Assembly: GCA_963666275.2 (NCBI GenBank)
Contig: CAXXOA010000002.1
Location: forward strand, 2,112,001-2,176,000
Origin: Oceanispirochaeta sp.
GTDB lineage: Bacteria; Spirochaetota; Spirochaetia; DSM-2461
DNA length: 64,000 nucleotides
Direction: 5' to 3'
This document shows positions 59,633 through 64,000 of the stretch, piece by piece. Both the position numbers and the translations under genes were made by a program. How positions within the stretch are numbered: the first letter of the stretch is position 1; the number at the start of each line of letters is the position of its first letter. Below the pieces are notes generated by a model. The model made no database searches. It saw only the letters and a list, made by a program, of their open reading frames with translations, and was not told the origin of the DNA.

Positions 59633-60634
59633 TTAGAAACTATAGGAAGCGTGATTTTCTTTAGTAAAGTCAGCTGGCGGACCCATTATGACAGTTCTTC
59701 CGTCTTCCCATACAGTAATTTTTCCTACATTGGCAATTTCCTGTCCATCAACCGGTTTTTCACCGTTCAGAAAGTTGTAGGCAAGAACCACTGTCAAATA
59801 TCCGAGTTTTGAGGGATCCCAGAGTGTTCCGACACGTAGGGAACCATCATCAAGATAGGGGCCGGAATCTGTAGGGAGCGATGTGCCCACTACGGCGATG
59901 CTATCTTTCAGACCTTTCTCCTGAACTGCCTGAGCAGCACCGAGAGGAGCAGGAGTACTGACTCCGATCACACCTTTCAGATTGGGGTAGGCTTTTATAA
60001 GGTCCAGAGTTTTCTGATAGGCCATCTGCTGTTTTTCGTCAGAAGGGACTTTATCAGTTACAAGGTTCATATCGGGATATGTTTTCTCAGCATAGGAAAG
60101 ACCCGCATCAATCCATGTGTTCAGATTCGCTGCAGAGAGTCCTCCAGTTATGATGGCATAATCTCCTGAGTCGCCCATCTCCTGAGCCAGAAGGTCCCAG
60201 ATATGCTGACCATATTCTTTATCGTCAATCTGATGAACTGATAAATCTACAACCGATGCATCTGCCGGTGTATCCCAGTCAAGTACTGCTATTCCCGCCC
60301 TTTTTGCTTTCATAAGAACAGGAGTCAATGCTGCGGCATCATTAGGGGCTACACAGATAGCATCTACACCTTTGCTTATCAGATCTTCAAGCATACGTAC
60401 CTGTTCAGCGGCATCGGGAGTTGTAGGTCCTGTATAAATCACATTGATGCCCAGGTCTTTACCTGCCTGGATGGCCCCTGTTTCCGAGGCATTGAAATAG
60501 GGGATTCCAACCAGCTTGGGCATAACAACAATGGTTACTTCATCACTGCCTTTGGCATCCTTGGATCCGTTTGCCCAGACTCCAGTCAGGCAAAACACTG
60601 TAAGAATCAGTACCGCAAGAACTCTTTTTTTCAT
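59633..60634 (-). CDS. Sugar ABC substrate-binding protein (LsrB/rhamnose-type)
   Basis: PKLVGIPYF, VDAICVAPND, LWDP. Confidence 0.88.
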   Translation of the reverse strand: MKKRVLAVLILTVFCLTGVWANGSKDAKGSDEVTIVVMPKLVGIPYFNASETGAIQAGKDLGINVIYTGPTTPDAAEQVRMLEDLISKGVDAICVAPNDAAALTPVLMKAKRAGIAVLDWDTPADASVVDLSVHQIDDKEYGQHIWDLLAQEMGDSGDYAIITGGLSAANLNTWIDAGLSYAEKTYPDMNLVTDKVPSDEKQQMAYQKTLDLIKAYPNLKGVIGVSTPAPLGAAQAVQEKGLKDSIAVVGTSLPTDSGPYLDDGSLRVGTLWDPSKLGYLTVVLAYNFLNGEKPVDGQEIANVGKITVWEDGRTVIMGPPADFTKENHASYSF

Positions 60635-60687
60635 AAGGTTCTCCTCCTTTTGATATTTAATCCGGATTAATCCGGATATTCCCGGTT

Positions 60688-61668
60688 TTACGCAGTCTGT
60701 TTCCGACGGTCCGTCAGAAAGTTTATCGTCAGAACAATAATCAGAATGGCACCCATCACCACATTTGTGAGGTACCTGTTGAATCCGAAAATATTCAGAC
60801 CGCTTGAGATCACCTGAAGTATCATCACTGCAATGACTGTTCCTATGACCTTGCCTTCTCCGCCGTTAATACTGGTTCCTCCCAGAACAGAGGCCGCAAC
60901 AGCTTGAAGAAGATAGGATGATCCATAGGATTCTTTGGCTGAATTGTATCTGGATGCCATTAGAATCCCCGCGACAGCCGCCAGGAGGCTCGCAATCAGA
61001 TAGGTCTGAAACAGGATTCTGCGTACTTTTATTCCCGAATATCTGGCGACTTTGGGATTACAGCCTATCATGTAGATTGTTAAGCCCATCCGGCTCCTTT
61101 CAAGAAGCAGCCAGGTTCCGGCGATAACCAGAATGAATATGATCATAGGGATAGGAATGCCCAGGACAGATGAATTCCCTATGATAAGGAATTCAAATGG
61201 AAAGCCTGAAATGGCTCCGCCTTTTGTGATATTAAGGCTGAGTCCTTCAAAAAGCGTCATTGCACCCAGAGTGGCAAGCATCGGGGTAACTCCAATGTAG
61301 GAGACGACAAACCCGTTGAATATGCCGCAAAGCGCCGCAACTCCCAACATCACAAGGATCCCGGAGATGACTGCCAGTGTTCCGTTTACCCCTGACGCAT
61401 ACTGATTGGCCATGACGAGGCCTCCGACAATCATGGAAAGAGTTGCCGTATAAGTCAATGAAAGATTAATTCCTCCGGTAACAACCACAAGCATCATGGA
61501 TAAAGCCAGAATACCGAATTCCGGTAGCTGATAGGCCATGGACTGCAGATTGTACAATCTCAGGAACTGACCTGGAGACAGAAGACTCATCAGGATAAAT
61601 ATGATGAGGAAAATGCCAAAAAGTATCCCTTCTTTACTTGCTGCTGCTGACTTGATTTTTGATTTCAT
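60688..61668 (-). CDS. Sugar ABC permease
   Basis: GGINLS, LGGTSINGGEG. Confidence 0.92.
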   Translation of the reverse strand: MKSKIKSAAASKEGILFGIFLIIFILMSLLSPGQFLRLYNLQSMAYQLPEFGILALSMMLVVVTGGINLSLTYTATLSMIVGGLVMANQYASGVNGTLAVISGILVMLGVAALCGIFNGFVVSYIGVTPMLATLGAMTLFEGLSLNITKGGAISGFPFEFLIIGNSSVLGIPIPMIIFILVIAGTWLLLERSRMGLTIYMIGCNPKVARYSGIKVRRILFQTYLIASLLAAVAGILMASRYNSAKESYGSSYLLQAVAASVLGGTSINGGEGKVIGTVIAVMILQVISSGLNIFGFNRYLTNVVMGAILIIVLTINFLTDRRKQTA

Positions 61669-61674
61669 CGGTCT

Positions 61675-62673
61675 TTACTCCACATCCACTCTTATGGTGT
61701 TCTTTTCCGCTCTCTGTTTCTGAATCATATCAATACTGATGGAGCTGATAATGATCAGACCTACGACGATTTTCTGCCAGAAAGTGGGGATATGCATGAG
61801 AATCAGGCCGTTATTGATAACGCAGAACAGGGAGACGCCTATTATGGTTCCCAGAACAGAACCATAACCGCCAAGGATACTGGCTCCGCCCAGAACAACT
61901 GCCGCAATCACCTGCATTTCAAATCCGAGAAAGGCATTCGGGTCTACCTGCCTCATAATCGATGTATGCACAACCGCGGCAAGTCCTATGAGAAAGCCTT
62001 CGAAACTGTAGACGAATATGAGAATCTTTTCCGGTTTGAAACCCATTCTTTCAGCAGATTCCAGGTTTCCTCCAATGGCATAGATTCCCCGCCCTATAAC
62101 TGTCCTTTTGAGAATAAACCATGTTGCAATGATGGTGGGTATCAGAAACAGAACCTGAATGGGAAGACCTATGGTTCTTCCGTCTGCCAGCTGCAGGGGA
62201 AAAAGGATTCTCCGTCCGAAATTGATAAAACTTACGGGAATACCTGTAATCCAGGTCCCGTTTGTGAGGTAGAGAACCAGCCCCAGTATAACGCTCATTG
62301 TTCCCAGAGTCGCAACTATGGGAGGTATTTTCAGTTTTGCTATAAGTATACCGTTTGCAAGACCCATCAGGGTGCCGCTGAGACAGGCAACAAAGATTGT
62401 TATGAAAACATTGGAACTGATGTGAATCAGGGACTGGCCGGTAATAACAGTCACCGCTGATATGATGGAGGCAACAGAAACGTCGATTCCTCCTGTTAAA
62501 AGTACCAGAAGCATTCCTAATGCCATCATGGCAAGAACCAGATTGCTTTTCAGTATATCCAGAAAATTCTCGGTTGAGAAAAAAGTCGGATTGGCAATTC
62601 CTATGACAAGGGAGATTGCTATAAGGACCAGTATTATGGGTAGTTCTTTTATTTTCATTGATCGTCTATTCAT
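61675..62673 (-). CDS. Sugar ABC permease
   Basis: GGIDVS, LGGASILGG. Confidence 0.92.
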   Translation of the reverse strand: MNRRSMKIKELPIILVLIAISLVIGIANPTFFSTENFLDILKSNLVLAMMALGMLLVLLTGGIDVSVASIISAVTVITGQSLIHISSNVFITIFVACLSGTLMGLANGILIAKLKIPPIVATLGTMSVILGLVLYLTNGTWITGIPVSFINFGRRILFPLQLADGRTIGLPIQVLFLIPTIIATWFILKRTVIGRGIYAIGGNLESAERMGFKPEKILIFVYSFEGFLIGLAAVVHTSIMRQVDPNAFLGFEMQVIAAVVLGGASILGGYGSVLGTIIGVSLFCVINNGLILMHIPTFWQKIVVGLIIISSISIDMIQKQRAEKNTIRVDVE

Positions 62674-62682
62674 ATTGTCCCT

Positions 62683-64000
62683 CTATAAAGCCTTGCTCAT
62701 AATATCTTCCTGATTAAGATCCTCGCAGAACATCTGAGCGGTTATTCGTCCATGCCGCATAACTGCAACTCTGTCGGCAATTGCAAGAATTTCAGGGAGT
62801 TCCGAAGATATGACTATGATTCCCAGCCCGGATTCCGCCAATTCTCTCAGTAACTGGTGAATTTCTGCCTTCGCACCGATATCAATACCATTGGTTGGTT
62901 CGTCAACGATCAGAACACGGGGTTCAGTGGCAAGCCACTTTGATACCACTACTCGCTGCTGATTGCCCCCTGAGAGTTTGGAGGCCAGCATCTGCGGTAT
63001 TTTAGGACGGATGCCTAGCTGATCCATCCATTTTTCAGTCAGTATCTCTTTCTTTTGAAAATCGATGAGTCCGTTCCTGCCGCTCAGAGAGTCAAGAACA
63101 GTCAGAGATATGTTGTCTTCAATAGATTTTCTGAGAACCAGTCCCTCCTGAAGCCGGTTTTCGGGGACGTAGGAAATTCCCGCTTTTACAGCGTCGCTGG
63201 GATTACTGACTATAAGTTCTTTTCCATCCAGATATATTTTTCCTTCATCAACAGGATTCAAGCCGAATATGGCCTGCGCTACTTCTGTTCTGCCTGCGCC
63301 AACAAGCCCTGTCAGTCCCAGGATTTCCCCTTTATGAAGAGTAAAATTAATATCGATGAAATTGCCTTTCTTTGAAAAATTCTCCACCTGGAGCAGAGGT
63401 TCCTCTTTTCTCTTTTTAGGATAAATCCTGTACTCAATTTTTCTTCCAACCATTAATGATATGAGTTGATCATCATCGAGCTCGTCTTCGCTGTAGGTTC
63501 CTATATACTGTCCATCTCTCAAAACTGTGAAACGATCAGAAATAGCAAAAAGCTCATCCAGTTTATGACTTATGAAGAGCAGAGCTATGCCCTTTTTTTT
63601 CAGGGAAATCATAATATCGAAAAGTTTTTTTACTTCTCCCTTGGACAGGGATGATGTCGGTTCATCAAGAATCAGCAATTTGGCATTATTCGCCAGAGCT
63701 CTTGCGATAGCCACAAGCTGCTGGCGGGCTACTGACAGTTCTCCCAGTGGTGTTTGAAGATCCATGGAGACTCCCAGCTGCTCAATAGCATTTTTGGCTA
63801 TTTTTTCCATGGATTTCCAGCTGATAAGCTTCTCATTCTTCTCTACACTGTTACCAAGAGCGATATTTTCCATAACAGAAAGATTGGGAAATAATGAAAA
63901 ATCCTGATAAATCACAACAATACCGCTTCTCAGTGATTCCAGAGGTGTGAGGTTTTCCAGTTCCGAACCGTTAATTTTTATAGAACCGCCGGACTCAGGT
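62683..64000 (-). CDS. Sugar ABC ATPase (5' end outside the window)
   Basis: DEPTSSL, GLVGAGRTE, LSGGNQQ; frame open to the window edge. Confidence 0.9.
   Translation of the reverse strand, partial: PESGGSIKINGSELENLTPLESLRSGIVVIYQDFSLFPNLSVMENIALGNSVEKNEKLISWKSMEKIAKNAIEQLGVSMDLQTPLGELSVARQQLVAIARALANNAKLLILDEPTSSLSKGEVKKLFDIMISLKKKGIALLFISHKLDELFAISDRFTVLRDGQYIGTYSEDELDDDQLISLMVGRKIEYRIYPKKRKEEPLLQVENFSKKGNFIDINFTLHKGEILGLTGLVGAGRTEVAQAIFGLNPVDEGKIYLDGKELIVSNPSDAVKAGISYVPENRLQEGLVLRKSIEDNISLTVLDSLSGRNGLIDFQKKEILTEKWMDQLGIRPKIPQMLASKLSGGNQQRVVVSKWLATEPRVLIVDEPTNGIDIGAKAEIHQLLRELAESGLGIIVISSELPEILAIADRVAVMRHGRITAQMFCEDLNQEDIMSKAL

Noticed and set aside
60658..60678. TAATCCGGAT tandem duplication before the sugar SBP gene
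   Set aside because: Two short copies only; no supportable function.

Overview
Bacterial chromosomal window of moderate GC. Lipoprotein-rich, with TRAP/ABC transporters and anaerobic catabolism, consistent with a free-living anaerobic spirochaete; the taxon is an inference. No rRNA, tRNA or CRISPR array was seen. Left to right: (1) housekeeping genes, then an AT-rich patch with a RAYT/Y1 HUH transposase bracketed by a perfect 14-bp inverted repeat, further GGGGACGGAGGA repeat clusters and a decayed surface-lipoprotein gene; (2) purC, a flavinylated UrdA-like reductase with a Crp/Fnr regulator, and two sensor kinases with an orphan TRAP-binding protein; (3) a LysR-associated divergent locus (14.7-29.3 kb) with two family III CoA-transferases, a 2-hydroxyacyl-CoA dehydratase/BCR-family pair (no activator in the window; the second subunit lacks the Fe-S cysteines), a URO-D-family protein, a CapA-like metallohydrolase, a CoA ligase and a TRAP transporter; (4) a diguanylate cyclase broken at two G-tracts; (5) a PucR-associated locus of poorly characterised genes (racemase, DUF917, AroM, M20, DUF1177, peptide ABC transporter, nitroreductase) whose two operons share a collinear three-box promoter; (6) a sugar kinase, a LOR/SDH-type ornithine cyclodeaminase, a TRAP + SBP/two-component operon and a sugar ABC transporter. 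Loci (3) and (5) are the best candidates for undescribed systems. All calls come from motif recognition by eye; no searches were run.
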